From positions 6,944,001 to 7,008,000 of the forward strand of contig NC_086098.1 of assembly GCF_963921235.1 (NCBI RefSeq): DNA of 64,000 nt, in the 5' to 3' direction. Below are positions 10,671 to 23,539 of this stretch, in pieces. Within the stretch, counting starts at the first letter, position 1. The number at the start of each line of letters is the position of its first letter. The translations under genes and the position numbers were made by a program. The DNA is from Mobula hypostoma (Eukaryota). The notes beneath the pieces were generated by a model. It was given only the letters and a program-made list of their open reading frames with translations, was not told where the DNA came from and made no database searches.

Positions 10671-11050
10671 CACTCAGTGGCCACTTTTTTATGGACCTCC
10701 TCTACCATCTGTACCTAATAAAGTGACCTCTGAGTGTACATTCGTGGTCTTCTGCTGCTGTGGCCCATCCACTTCAAGGTTGGACATGTTGTGTATTCAG
10801 AGAGTCTCTTCTGCCCACCACTGTTGTGACGTGTGGTTGTTTGAGTTACTGTTCCCTCCTCTCAGCTCGATCCAGTCTGGCCATTCTCCTCTGACCTCTC
10901 TCCTTAACAAGGCATTTTCACCCACTCACTGGATTTTTTTTTGTTTTTGTTTTTTACACCATTCTCAGTAAACTCTAGAGACCATTGTGTGTGAGAATAC
11001 CGGGGGATCAGCACTTTCTGAGATACTCAAACCACCCCATTTGGCACCAT
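10671..11050 (-). mobile_element. Tc1-type non-autonomous element (truncated)
   Basis: Same TIR and internal sequence as 7937-8468. Confidence 0.85.
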
Positions 11051-11280
11051 CAGTAATTGGAGTGAAGATGGACGAGAGTTGGCTAGGTAGAGTTGTACAA
11101 GACTTAAATCAAATGGACAGCCAGAGACTTTTTCCCAGGGTGGAAATGGCCAATATAGGGGCATAACGTTAAGGTGTAGGCTGGGATATCAGAGGTAAAT
11201 ATTTTACATGAGTGAAAAATGGTAAATAGGCACTTAGATGAAAGAAAAATGTAGGGCTATGTGGAAAGGAAGCATTACAT

Positions 11281-11361
11281 CAGGTGTTTCCAAACTTTTT
11301 TTATGCCATGGACCAATACCATTAAGCATGGGGTCCATGGGCCCCAGGTTTGGAACCCTTG
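11281..11361. mobile_element. 81-bp hAT (Charlie-like) mini-MITE inserted in a CR1 tail
   Basis: TIR caggtgtttccaaac / gtttggaacccttg; perfect 8-bp TSD CATTACAT (11273-11280, 11362-11369). Confidence 0.85.
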
Positions 11362-12223
11362 CATTACATTGATCTTGGAGCAGGTTCAGGGTTCGACACA
11401 ACATTGTAGGCCGAAGGGCCTTCACTGTGCTGTGTTCAGTGCCAATGTGAATCTGAGGGAGAAGCCCATTTGGTGAATATTTTGTGTAGAGAATGTAATC
11501 AATATACGTCAGCATTAATAACTTGAATTTATGCTGTAAACACCTGCAAAATTGTGAAATAAACCATAATTCTTCATGGGTATTACCAAACAATATTTGA
11601 CACCAAACCACATAAGAAGACAATTGTGTTGCTGAACAAAAGGAAGATCGGCTAATTTAGTCATAGACGCAGAGCAAGGGTTTGTTTCTCATCAGGGCAG
11701 AGATCGGCATGTGTTGATAATTAATGGCTGAGCAATCATCTGTTCCAAAAGTACTGCGGATAATTAGTGTTGATTTGATTGTCTTTGGGTGATTAATAGT
11801 TGATACAATAAAAAAGGCAGTCAGGATATTTCCTGATCTCATGCACACCTCCCTTCACATTTCAAACAGAGCATCGGTGTTATTTATTACTGCTGCTAAC
11901 TTAAACAATTAGCAACTGCTGATGAACGATGCAAGCGCGATATTTAACTGTCTCAAGCCGAGACACTTCTCTTTTTCCATTCCCCATTCTGGTTACCCTC
12001 TCACCCCTTCTCTTCCCCTCACCTGCCCGTCTCATCTCTGGTGCCCCTCTTCCTTCCCTGTCTTCCCATGGTCCACTGTCCTCTCCTATCAGATTCCTTC
12101 TTCAGCCCGTTACCTCTACCAACTATCACCTCCCACTTTTATAGTTCTGTCCCCCACCCACCCACCCACCTTTCACACTCACCTGGTCTCAACTATCACC
12201 TTCTAGCTTGGACTATTTCTGTT

Positions 12224-14630
12224 TAGATTTAGGGTTTATATGGGGCAGAGTTTGTTAAGTGTGTCCAGGACGGATTCCTGTCACAGCATGTGGACAGGCC
12301 GACCAGGGGGAATGCCATACTAGATCTAGTACTAGGTAATGAACCGGGTCAGGTCACAGATCTCTTAGTGGATGAGCATCTGGGGGACAGTGACCACCGC
12401 TCCCTGGCCTTTATAATTATCATGGAAAAGGATAGTATCAAAGAGGACAAGAAGATTTTTAATTGGGGAAAGGCAAATTATGAGGCTATAAGGCTAGAAC
12501 TTGTGGGTGTGAATTGGGATGATGTTTTTGCAGGGAAATGTACTATGGACATGTGGAGAATGTTTAGAGATCTCTTGCGGGATGTAAGGGATAAATTTGT
12601 CCCGGTGAGGAAGATAAAGAATGGTAGGGTGAAGGAACCATGGGTGACAAGTGAGGTGGAAAATCTAGTCAGGAGGAAGAAGGCAGCTTACATGAAGTTT
12701 AGGAAGCAAGGATCAGATGGGTCTATTGAGAAATATAGGGAAGCAAGAAAGGAGCTTAAGAAGGGGCTGAGAAGAGCAAGAAGGGAGCATGAGAAGACCT
12801 TGGCGAGTAGGGTAAAGGAAAACCCCAAGGCATTCTTCAATTATGTGTAGAAAAAAAGGATGACAGGATTGAAGGTAGGACTGATTAGAGATAAAGGTGG
12901 GAAGATGTGCCTGGAGGCTGTGGAAGTGAGTGAGGTCCTCAATGAATACTTCTCTTTGGTATTCACCAATGAAAGGGAACTTGATGATGGTGAGGACAAT
13001 ATGAGTGAGGCTGATGTTCTGGAGCATGCTGATATTAAGGGAGAGGAGGTGTTGGAGTTGTTAAAATACATTAGGACAGATAAGTCCCTGGGGCCTGATG
13101 GAATATTCCCCAGGCTGCTCCACGAGGCGAGAGAAGAGATTGCTGAGCCACTGGCTAGGATCTTTATGTCCTCGTTGTCCACGGGAATGGTACCGGAGGA
13201 TTGGAGGGAGGCGAATGTTGTTCCCTTGTTCAAAAAAGGTAGTAGGGATAGTCCGGGTAATTATAGACCAGTGAGCCTTACGTCTGTGGTGGGAAAGCTG
13301 TTGGAAAAGATTCTTAGAGATAGGATCTATAGGCATTTAGAGAATCATGGTCTGATCAGGGACGGTCAGCATGGCTTTGTGAAGGGCAGATCGTGTCTAA
13401 CAAGCCTGATAGAGTTCTTTGAGGAGGTGACCAGGCATATGGATGCGGGTAGTTTGGTGGATGTGATCTATATGGATTTTAGTAAGGCATTTGACAAGGT
13501 TCCACACGGTAGGCTTATTCAGAAAGTTAGAAGGCATGGGATCCAGGGAAGTTTGGCCAGGTGGATACAGAATTGGCTTGCCTGCAGAAGGCAGAGGGTG
13601 GTGGTGGAGGGAGTACATTCAGATTGGAGGATTGTGACTCGTGGTGTCCCACAAAGATCTGCTCTGGGACCTCTACTTTTCGTGATTTTTATTAACAACC
13701 TGGATGTGGGGGTAGAAGAGTGGGTTGGCAAGTTTGCAGACAACACAAAGGTTGGTGGTGTTGTAGATAGTGTAGAGGATTGTCAAAGATTGCAGAGAGA
13801 CATTGATAGGATGCAGAAGTGGGCTGAGAAGTGGCAGATGGAGTTCAACCCGGAGAAGTGTGAGGTGGTACACTTTGGAAGGACAAACTCCAAGGCAGAG
13901 TACAAAGTAAGTGGCAGGATACTTGGTAGTGTGGAGGAGCAGAGGGATCTCGGGGTACATGTCCACAGATCCCTGAAAGTTGCCTCACAGGTGGATAGGG
14001 TAGTTAAGAAAGCTTATGGGGTGTTAGCTTTCATAAGTCGAGGGATAGAGTTTAAGAGTCACGATGTACTGATGCAGCTCTATAAAACTCTGGTTAGGCC
14101 ACACTTGGAGTATTGTGTCCAGTTCTGGTCACCTCACTATAGGAAGGATGTGGAAGCATTGGAAAGGGTACAGAGGAGATTTACCAGGATGCTGCCTGGT
14201 TTAGATAGTATGCATTATGATCAGAGATTAAGGGAGCTAGGGCTTTACTCTTTGGAGAGAAGGAGGATGAGAGGAGACATGATAGAGGTATGCAAGATAA
14301 TAAGAGGAATAGATAGAGTGGATAGCCAGCGCCTCTTCCCCAGGGCACCACTGCTCAATACAAGAGGACATGGCTTTAAGGTAAGGGATGGGAAGTTCAA
14401 GGGGGATATTCGAGGAAGATTTTTTACTCAGAGAGTGGTTGGTGCGTGGAATGCACTGCCTGAGTCAGTGGTGGAGGCAGATACACTAGTGAAGTTTAAG
14501 AGACTACTAGACAGGTATATGGAGGAATCTAAGGTGGGGGCTTATATGGGAGGCAGGGTTTGAGAGTTGGCACAACATTGTGGGCCGAAGGGCCTGTACT
14601 GTGCTGTACTATTCTATATATTCTATATAT
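12224..14630 (+). mobile_element. 5'-truncated CR1 LINE inserted into a Penelope tail (host at 11920-12212 and 14632-14772)
   Basis: Contains the endonuclease end (LDLVL...SDH), the full RT domain, the 3' UTR and a (tattcta)n tail. Confidence 0.95.
12290..14563 (+). pseudogene. CR1 ORF2 (APE endonuclease C-terminus + reverse transcriptase), inactivated
   Basis: ORFs 12290-12850 and 12860-14563 share one frame, split by a single TAG. Motifs NYRPVSLTS, DFSKAFDKV, GVPQRSALGP, and FADNTK (catalytic DD changed to DN). Confidence 0.93.
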
Positions 14631-15139
14631 GTTCCTCACCCCCTTATTATTCTCGCTTCTCCTTTCTTTTCCAGTCCTAGAGAAGAGTCTTAGTCTATGA
14701 CTGTTTATTCCCCTCCATCGATGTATCGATGTTGCCTGACCTGCTGAGTTTCTCCATCACTTTGTGTGTGTTAAACTTTCTTTTTGTTTATCTTTGTCGA
14801 GTTAAAGATTCTGTTCCTATAAACAGCCATGTCAACATGATTTGCTGTCTTTAAAGGTGTGTGGGTGTTAGCCCCAAAGGCACTCTATTCTTTTCACTAA
14901 CTGAAGTAATTCTGTGTTGTAAATAATCATGCCATCTCTCTTTTTCTGTTCCCCATTCTGGTTTCCCTCTTACCCTTTCTCTTCTCCTCATCTGTCCATC
15001 ATCTCCCTCTGGTTCCCACCCTCCTTCCTTCTCTCCTATGGTCCACTCTCCTCTCCTGTGGTCTTGGAGCTGTGCTTAGCCGCATAGTCCGAAGTGTAAA
15101 GTGAGTAGAGCAGACAGCCCTGTGATGCACCTGTGCTGA

Positions 15140-15785
15140 TGGACATCCTGAGGACTGGAAAATTGCAAATGTCACTCAATTGTTTAAGAAGGGAGGAATG
15201 CAGGAGAAAGGAAATTATAGGCCGGTTAGCCTTACTTCAGTTACTAGAAAGAGATTGGAGTCTATTTTTAAGGATGTGGTCTCAGGGTACTTGAGGTAGT
15301 GGTAGTTGTGTGGAACGAGCTTCCAGCAGAAGTAGTTGAGGCTGGTTCGATGTTGTCGTTTAAAGTTAAATTGGATAGATAGATGGACAGGAGAGGAATG
15401 GAGGGTTATGGGCCGAGTGTAGGTCGGTGGGACTCGGAGAGAGTAAGAGTTTGGCACGAACTAGATGGGCCGAGATGGCCTGTTTGCATGCTGTAATTGT
15501 TATATGGTTATATGGTACTTGGAGGCACATGTTAAAATAGGCTGTAGTCGGCATGGTTTTCTAAAGGAGAAATCTTGCCTGACAAATCTGTTGCAATTCT
15601 TTGAAGAAATGACAAGCAGTATAAAAAAAGGAGAATTGGTGGATGTTGCGTACTTGGATTTTCAGACGGCCTTTGACCAAGACGCTGCACATGAGGCTGC
15701 TTAACAAGATAGAGCCCGTGATGTTACAGGAAAGGTACTAGCATGGATAGACGACTGGCTGACTGGCAGGAGTCAAAGAGTGGAA
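15140..15785 (+). mobile_element. CR1 RT fragment with a nested CR1 3' end (15294-15513)
   Basis: NYRPVSLTSV...HGFLKEKSCLTNLLQFFE. The insert ends (tatggtta)n and has 8-bp TSD GGTACTTG (15286-15293, 15514-15521). Confidence 0.85.
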
Positions 15786-16609
15786 CCCTGACAAATGGAG
15801 TACTGTGCAAAAGCCTTAAATAGCCTGGCTGTATATATATACATTTATATACACACACACATACACACATATATATGTACAGAATATATATCTAATACTG
15901 TTGCACCGTACTGTATCTCTTCAGAAGAAAAGAATCGATTCTAACAGGCGACTTCAACACCAGGCAGGCTAATCGTTTTATATTTCAGCAGGGTTAATTC
16001 ACTTGGATTGATGCAGCAAACTGTCAGTTTAGACATTACAGTTTGAAATCTAGCTCCTGACGAGGAGCAAAAAAAGAAGATATTAAACTTGTTTCTTGAT
16101 AATTATTTACAAAAGAAAAGCCGTAAGGCAGCAGAGCGGAATCAGACCATTTTGCCCATCGGCCAGACCATCTTGGCTGATTTATTATCTCTCTCAACGC
16201 TGTCCGCCTGCCTTCTGCCGCTAACCTTTGGCAGCCTGACCAATCAAGAACCTGTCAACCTCCACTATTAGGTTTACCCAGTAACCTGGCCTCCACAGCC
16301 GTCTGTGGCAAGGAAAAACCAATGGAGATCAAGGGAGATTGTTTCAAATTAAATATGTGCGCATTAAATGAAGTCACGGACAATAACACACTCGCTCTGC
16401 AGTAATCAGTCAGAGACTTAAGTATTCTGTTGTGATATGCAGAGTAAAGTTGCAAAGGAATTGCATTAAACTATTCATGACCAGGCTAAAATATTTATAT
16501 GCCTTGTGGCATCTGTTTGTTTGTTGTTGTTGATATCTTGTAATAGATTTTAGGATTAGAGCTCTCCAGAAGCTTACTGACATAAAGGGCTAGAGATCCT
16601 GTTCATCAA

Positions 16610-17370
16610 AATTTAAAGTTCTGAGTAAATTTATTATTAAAGTACATCTACATCACCATACATCTAATAATCTAATCTGATATATATATGTAAAACCCTA
16701 ACTTCAATTTCTTGCAGGCATACTCAATAAATCTATAGAATAATAAACACAATAGGCTCAATGAAAGACTGCACTCTGAAGGCAACAAACGGCAAATACA
16801 AAAAGAAAGAAATAATAATAATAAATAAATAAGCTATAAATATCGAGAACATGGGAAGAAGAATCCTTGAAATTGAGTCCATGGGTTGTGGGAACGTTTC
16901 AATGACGGAGCAAGTTAAGTTCAAAAGCCTGATGGTTTAGGGGTAGTAACTGTTCCTGAACCTGGTGGTGTGAGTCCTGAGGCTCCTCTACCTTCTTCCT
17001 GATGGCAGCAGTGAGAAGAGAGCATGTCCTGGGTGGTGGAGGTCCCTGGTGATAAATGCTGTTTTCCTGCATCAACGTTTCATGTAGATGTGCTCAATGT
17101 TTGGGAGGGTTTTACCCATAATGGACTGAGCCTTATTCACTACTTTTTGTAGGATTTTCCATTCAAGGGCATTGGTGTTTCCATACCAGGTTCTGATGCA
17201 ACCGGTCAATATACTCTCCACCACACATCTGTAGAATTTTGTCAGAGGTTTAGTTGTTATACCAAGCCTTTGCAAACTCCTAAGGAAGTAAAGGTGCTGC
17301 CATGCTTTCTTCATAATTGCACTAACATGCTGGGCCAAGCAGAGGTCCTCTGAAATAATAACACCAAGGA
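16610..17370 (-). mobile_element. Rex1/Babar-type LINE 3' fragment (DUF1891-like region)
   Basis: KKAWQHLYFLRSLQRLG...FYRCVVESILTGCIRTWYGN, with a tail ending aataaatttact...aacttt. Confidence 0.85.
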
Positions 17371-17789
17371 ATTCAATTTGCAGGCCATCTATTAACCATG
17401 AGACCTAAGAGCAGAATTAAACCATTCAGCCCATCAAGTCTGCTCTACAATTCTATCATGGTTAATTTATTATCCCTCTCCAACCCATTCTCCTGTCTTG
17501 TCCCCATAACCTTTCCATCCTGACTAATCAACAATCCAGCCCTTATAATCGAGTAGCTCATTGCATAGGTAATGTTGTCAGTTTGATTTGCTTAAACGAT
17601 CAGCTCCTGATGTCATGAGCAGTAGCTAATCCTGGAGTAGGATGGGACTTAACGGATGTCAGTGTACTGCCGTTGAACCTTTGAGAGGCCAGAAAGGTAG
17701 AAGTCTTTTGCATGCATGAGTAGAAAGTTAATTTATTTGAGAATAATTGCAAGGAGTCCAGTAAAACTGTGGATGTAAATGGATCAAAG

Positions 17790-18016
17790 CATGTAGCGGT
17801 TTCTGGCGTCCTATGTGAGCTGTTTTTCCCATGTGTGTGTGGGATTCTTCTGGGTGCTCCAGATTCCTCCCTTACTCCCAAATCGCACTGCTTGGTAGGT
17901 TAGTTGGTCATTGTAAGTTCTTCTATGATTGGGCTAGTGGTGGTAGGTGGGTCACTGGGAAACGCAGCTCAGCGGGCCGAAAGAGCTTGCTCTGCACTGT
18001 ATCGCTAAATAAGTAA
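17790..18016 (+). mobile_element. V-SINE (HE1-like)
   Basis: Degenerate V domain with CR1-like tail gggccgaaagagc...ctgtatcgctaaata. Confidence 0.65.
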
Positions 18017-18299
18017 ATTAATGGGGGCGTCCCAAGAGAGAGTGGCAAGAGGTCCGGGAGTGGCGACAGGCCCGAAAGGGGCAGGAAATGTGGGGATGAT
18101 AGATGGTCGATGGGGGCCAGTCTCCACTTCTTCGGGGTGAAGTTCAGATACATTCATCCCAGTGGCTTATGGAAACGAGTCAGATTGTGGTCCATTGGGT
18201 GGTCTGAAATGGCAGCAGCATTGAAGAATCTGGAACATACAACTCACGTATTTACAGTAAAGGAAGGCGATTTGGGTACCAGAGAATGTGTCCGCACTG

Positions 18300-19070
18300 G
18301 CTTTTGTCTGTATCAACAGTGTTGATATAGAGAGCTTCAAGTTCCAAGGTATGAACATCACCATTAGTCTGTCCTGGTCGAATCAGGCTGATGTCACAGT
18401 GAAGAAAGCTCATCTATGCTTTTACTTCCTCGGGAGGCACGAGAAATTTGACATGTCAAAGTTCAAAGTAAATTTATTATCTAAGTACATATATGTCACC
18501 ATATGCAACCCTGAGAGTCATTTTCAAGTGGATCTATAGAATAGTAACTATAACAGGATCAATGAAAGATCAACCAGAGTGCAGAAGACAACAAGCTGTG
18601 CAAATGTAAATATAAATAAATAACGAGAACATGAGATAATGAGATGAAGAGTCCTTAAAGTGAGATCACTGGTTGTGGGAACATCTCAATAGATGGACAA
18701 CTGAGTGTAGCTCTCTTCTTTTGTTCAATAGCCTGAGGGTTGAGGGGTTGTAACTGTTCTTGAACCTGGTGGTGTGAACCCTGAGGGTCCTGTACCTTCT
18801 ACCTGATGGCCTGGGTGGTGAGGATCTCTGATGATTGCGACTGCTTCTCGATGGCAATGTTTCACGTAGGTGTGTTCAGGGGTTGGGTGGGCTTTACCCA
18901 TGATGTACTGAGGCGAATTCTCTACCTTTTGGAAGATTTTCCATTCAAGGGCATTGGTGCTTTCAAACCAGGCCATGATGCAGCCATTGACTTGCCAATT
19001 TTTATTTATGCACCATTCTCTCTGGATGCATCGCGGCTTGGTATGGCAACTGCTCTGCACATGGAGCAGA
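18300..19070 (+). mobile_element. Old Rex1-type fragment split by an opposite-strand Rex1-type fragment (18457-18985)
   Basis: ESFKFQGMNITISLSWSNQADVTVKKAHLCFYFL at 18320-18430 resumes at ~19010 as ILSGCIAAWYGNCSA. Confidence 0.7.
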
Positions 19071-19679
19071 TTGACTGTGTTGTTTATTCTGTTCTCTCTG
19101 TGTTGTTCTGCTGAGCATCGTGATCGTGCTTTGTTGGCACCGGAATACTTGCGGGCTGCCCCCAGCACGTCCTTAGGTTGTGTTAGTTGTAAACACATTT
19201 CACTGTATTTTTCGAAGTACATGTGATAAATAAATCTGACTATGAATTTTATCAGTATTTGTGTATAGCTTTTCATAAATTCTATTGTATTTCTTTATTT
19301 TCCGGTAAATGCCTGCAAGATCGAGGTCAAAGGTCAAGGGTGAAAGTTGAACTGTCTAAGGGGAACATAGGGGGAAACTTCTTCACTCAGAGGGTGGTGA
19401 GAGTGTGGTTCGAGCTACCAATGCAAGTGGTGCAAGAGATTTTAAGCAATGTTTGGATAGGTACATGGATACATGGGTATTGAGAGCGATGGTCTGGGTG
19501 CAGGTCAATGGGTCTGAACAGTTTGAATGATTTGGCACAGACTAGATGGGCCAAAGGGCCTGTTTCTGTGCTGTACTTTTCTATAAAAATGATCCTCAAG
19601 ATAATATATTGTAACATACAGTATATATACTTTGATATCTGAATACCAAATTGACGGGAATAGCTTGTAAAGGTCACAG

Positions 19680-19835
19680 CCTGTCTCATCCGTAAGGCCA
19701 GTGATGTTGTGGGGATGGAACTGGACTCTCTGACAGTGGTGTCTGAAAAAAGGATGCTGTCTAAGTTGCATGCCATCTTGGTCAATGTCTCCCATCCACT
19801 ACATAATGTACTGGGTGGGCACAGGAGTACATTCA
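19680..19835 (+). mobile_element. Rex1 LINE coding fragment
   Basis: Translates LIRKASDVVGMELDSLTVVSEKRMLSKLHAILVNVSHPLHNVL. Confidence 0.75.
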
Positions 19836-21266
19836 GTTTAAGATGAGGAAGACGTGTGGGTGGATAGTTGTTGGGTAGGAGCAGGGCTTGTTTTGCTGTT
19901 GTTGTTTTGTTGCCTGTAATGTTCTGTGGTGTCCTGCTGAGAATAGTGGGTGTGCTCTGTTGGCCCCCCAGCATGTGGCGACACTTGTGGGCTGCCCCCA
20001 GCACATCCTTGGGTCCTGTTAATTGTTAAGGCAAACATCGCCTTTCACTGTGACCTTGTGTCTGTGAGCTCCGTGATCTTTTGCTCCGCTGTGTGATGAA
20101 CTGAGGCTGAGGCTGCTCTGGGATCCATGCCTATGGACTCACTTTCGTTCTGAATGCTATTTGTTTGTTTTTATTGTGTGCACGGTTTGTGCTTTTTTCC
20201 CTCTCTCTCTACATTGGGTGTTTGTTGGTGTTTTTTTTAATGAGTTCTTCTGGGTTTCTTGTTTTGTAGCTGCCTGTAAGGAAACAAATCTCCAGGTTGT
20301 ATAATGTACACATACTTTGATAATAAATGTACTTTGAACTTTGACTTTAATCTTAAAATTGTGCAAACTAGCCAAAATTGCATGCCTCATGAAAGAATAT
20401 TAAATATATTATCCACACTGCAATGGTGGTATGTGGTACCCATCTGATCTGTACCGACTACCATTAATAAAGTTTGCAAAATCCTAAAAGGAATTTCTTC
20501 TAAGTGCACACCAATTCTTTCTTTGTTTTCAAAAGCAAAAGACACAGAATGGTAACAATTCAACTCATTCATCTCCACACAATAGAAGCCAAGGTAGATC
20601 GGATATGGGATGGTCTGTCTTTTTTAAATATATAATTGCATATTTGGATTAATGCCACTTGCACAAGGCGGGTTTTAAAGGAGAAAGTTAAACCCCTTTC
20701 AGAGCATTGAATGGAGATTTGTTCCACTCTGCAACTGAAGAGCAGCTTGCCAGAGTAACTCACGGAACACTCTTGTTTGTCACAGAGACTCAACAGATTA
20801 CTTTCTTTCATTAAAACCAAAAAGTCAATTAAAAAAATGCGAGCACCCGCTTTCCTTTTGTAGCGAGTTGCGAGAGGGGGGGAGGATGTGTGAGGCAGGG
20901 TGATGGAGGTGAATGGCAGTGATTTGAGACTCTGCCTAGTTGGCCAAGTTCCAAGATTTAATCCGTATTTTTACCTTCAAAGGCCCCATCTACACTCCCA
21001 AATCTGTTTCTATACGTGTATCCTTTCCCATTCCCCTCACCAAATAAAGTAAAAAGAGCGAGTTTAACAGGACTACTTTTGTACGTTCCAAGGTCAGAGT
21101 AATTCATTTTTCTGGTCCGGTGAGGCATTTCACTCCTGGAGTACCCACGCAGCCTGCTCTGATCGTGTATCAGGAAACAGGCCAAAGTTCAGCATGATCA
21201 TTGAAAAATTACAGTACTGTTTCATATACAAGTTTAAATTTATTGTCACCTGACTATACGTATACA

Positions 21267-22390
21267 CAGCACTGAGCAAAAGTTATGGCACATATGCAGT
21301 TAAGGTGCCTAAGGCAACGTGGAGCAGAGAGCGTTTATATGGACAGGAAAGGAATGGAGGGTTATGGGCTAAATGCCGGTCGGTGGGACTAGGTAAGAGT
21401 AAGAGTTTGGCACGGACTAGAAGGGCCGAGATGGCCTCTTTCCGTGCTGTCGTCTCCGGACGGGAAGGCCCCAAATCCTCAGCTTTGCCTATTGCCTGTT
21501 GCCGGGGCCGGGGTCGAAGTGCTTGGCAGAGATGGTGCTCGGTGCTCGGTGTCGGAGGCTCGAAGTTTTCGGACGGACTCAAGAGTCGGCTGTGGTTGGG
21601 TGCTTCCAGGGTGCTGTGTCAGCAAGTTTGCGGCGCTGGAGGTTCATGGCAGGAAGAGAGTTTTTCTTCCTTCTACCGTCTGCGTGAGATGATGGGACTT
21701 TCGAGAGACTTTGAGACTTTTTTTTACAGTGCCCATGGTCTGTTCTTTATCAAATTACGGTATTGCTTTGCACTGTTGTAACTATATGTTATAATTATGT
21801 GGTTTTTGTCAGTTTTTCAGTCTTGGTTTGTCATCTGTTTCTGTGATATCATTCTGGAGGAACATTGTATCATTTCTTAATGACAATAAAAGAGGACTGC
21901 GAGTTCTCATAATCTAATCTAATCTAATATGGTTACATATGGTTATAAATCTGGCGGGTGCAAAGGGTGTTGGGAATGGTGAGGTGTAGGGTCGTGGGAG
22001 GGGTGTGAGACAGGTGGTAGAGAAGAAGTATCAGGAAGTGGGGGGCTAGCACCATAGCAGACACACCCAGCCCTGAGACACCAGGCAAAGTCATTTGATT
22101 GTAAACAGTTGGTTTCTTGATCATTATGAAATGTCTCTGTGGTGCTTCCCGCTCCCTCCCCTCTCCCTTCCCCTTTCCCCCACCATGATTTCCCTCTCCT
22201 TGCCCCCTTCCCATTCTCAGTCCACAATAGAGAGCCGTATCAGAATCAGGTTCATATCACTCACATATGTCCTGAATTTAGATTTTTTTTGTGGCTGCAG
22301 TACAGTGCAATACATAAAATTACTATACTACTTGCAAAAGTCTTAGGCACCCTAGCTATATATTGTGCTTAAGACTTTAGCACAGTGCTG
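21267..22390. mobile_element. Composite Tc1-type MITE (TIR CAGTACTGTGCAAAAGTCTTAGGCAC) with nested retroposons
   Basis: TIR-like sequence at 21267 and a palindromic mini-MITE at 22325-22390. The internal 21975-22325 segment recurs inverted at 38620-38980. Nested CR1 tail (~21335-21945) is itself split by 21450-21927. Confidence 0.65.
21450..21927 (+). mobile_element. 5'-truncated copy of the ORF-less (TCTAA)n-tailed retroposon
   Basis: Homologous to 23540-24198 and 56631-56960; ends ctcataatctaatctaatctaat. Confidence 0.75.
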
Positions 22391-23539
22391 TACAGCCCAA
22401 TGAAACATCGTTCCTCCGGTCCACTGTACACCCACAAAACATATACGGCACATAAAACAAAATATTACCAGAAAGAAATGAATAAAACAAAATTCAGAAG
22501 GCATGTGTACAGGTAAACGGTAAACAGCTCACTGTGCTAGTGACGAGACCTCGGTGGCAGCAGGGTATTCTTTAGTCTTACAGACATGCGGAGGGTGCGG
22601 TGAAAAGATTTCTTAAAAACATTTCCATACAAAGTATGTGTTACATGATCGCTTGCTCATAAAGCTTTTACAGAATTTATTAGAGTTGTGGGGGGGGTGG
22701 TGGTGAAGGGAAAGCGGGTGCCACCATTTTTTAGCTAGCTTGTCAGCTTGCCAGCTGTGCCTTGTTCCTCAGTTATATTTGTAAAAGCCACAAAAGGAGT
22801 AACTGATGGATTGCGTTGAATGCTGCATTCTGCTAGCCTGTCTTTGCCACAATCGAAATCATTAAAAAGGCAAAGTCCTCCACGGAAAATTCAGAATCGA
22901 AAGTGGCAGCTCATTCTGTCTGTCATTGGCCAGTCTTGTTACTTGGCAACAGAGGGCCATCTCAGTCATTACAGGATATAAAGGTACACACTGGCATCAA
23001 ATAACATGCCCATGTTCTTGTTGGCACATGATGAAGTGCAGTGGGTGAGCGGTGTGTTGCTCAGTGTGTCAAGAGCAGGGTCTTAATTTTCTCAGAATAA
23101 CAGTCGCTATTGTTTTGAACTACACATTGAAATCAAACCCATCATTAAATCATATACACTAAAGCAGTTTTGGATTGTGTGATAAAGAAACATTACCCGT
23201 CATTATCTGCTGTGCCAAACACTGATGAATCAGGAGTGAAGTCTTGTTAAGTACCAATTTGAAATTGGAATGCAAATATCAAGTGCTTCAAATATAAAAA
23301 AATCAATCTGGTCTCTTTTGAAGGGATGTCACCCTTGGTCAGTCTATTGAAAGATTGAAGATTAGCTTTGTTTAGATATGGGGCCCACAAACCCTTTAAT
23401 TGTAGGGGTCCATGGCATTAAAAATGTTATCATAAGACATAGGAGCAGAATTCTCTCTCAGCCCCATTCACCTTCCCAAGAGCCATAAAATCACAAGGCC
23501 GAGGAGCAGAGTTCGACCATTCGGCCCATTGTCACATGT

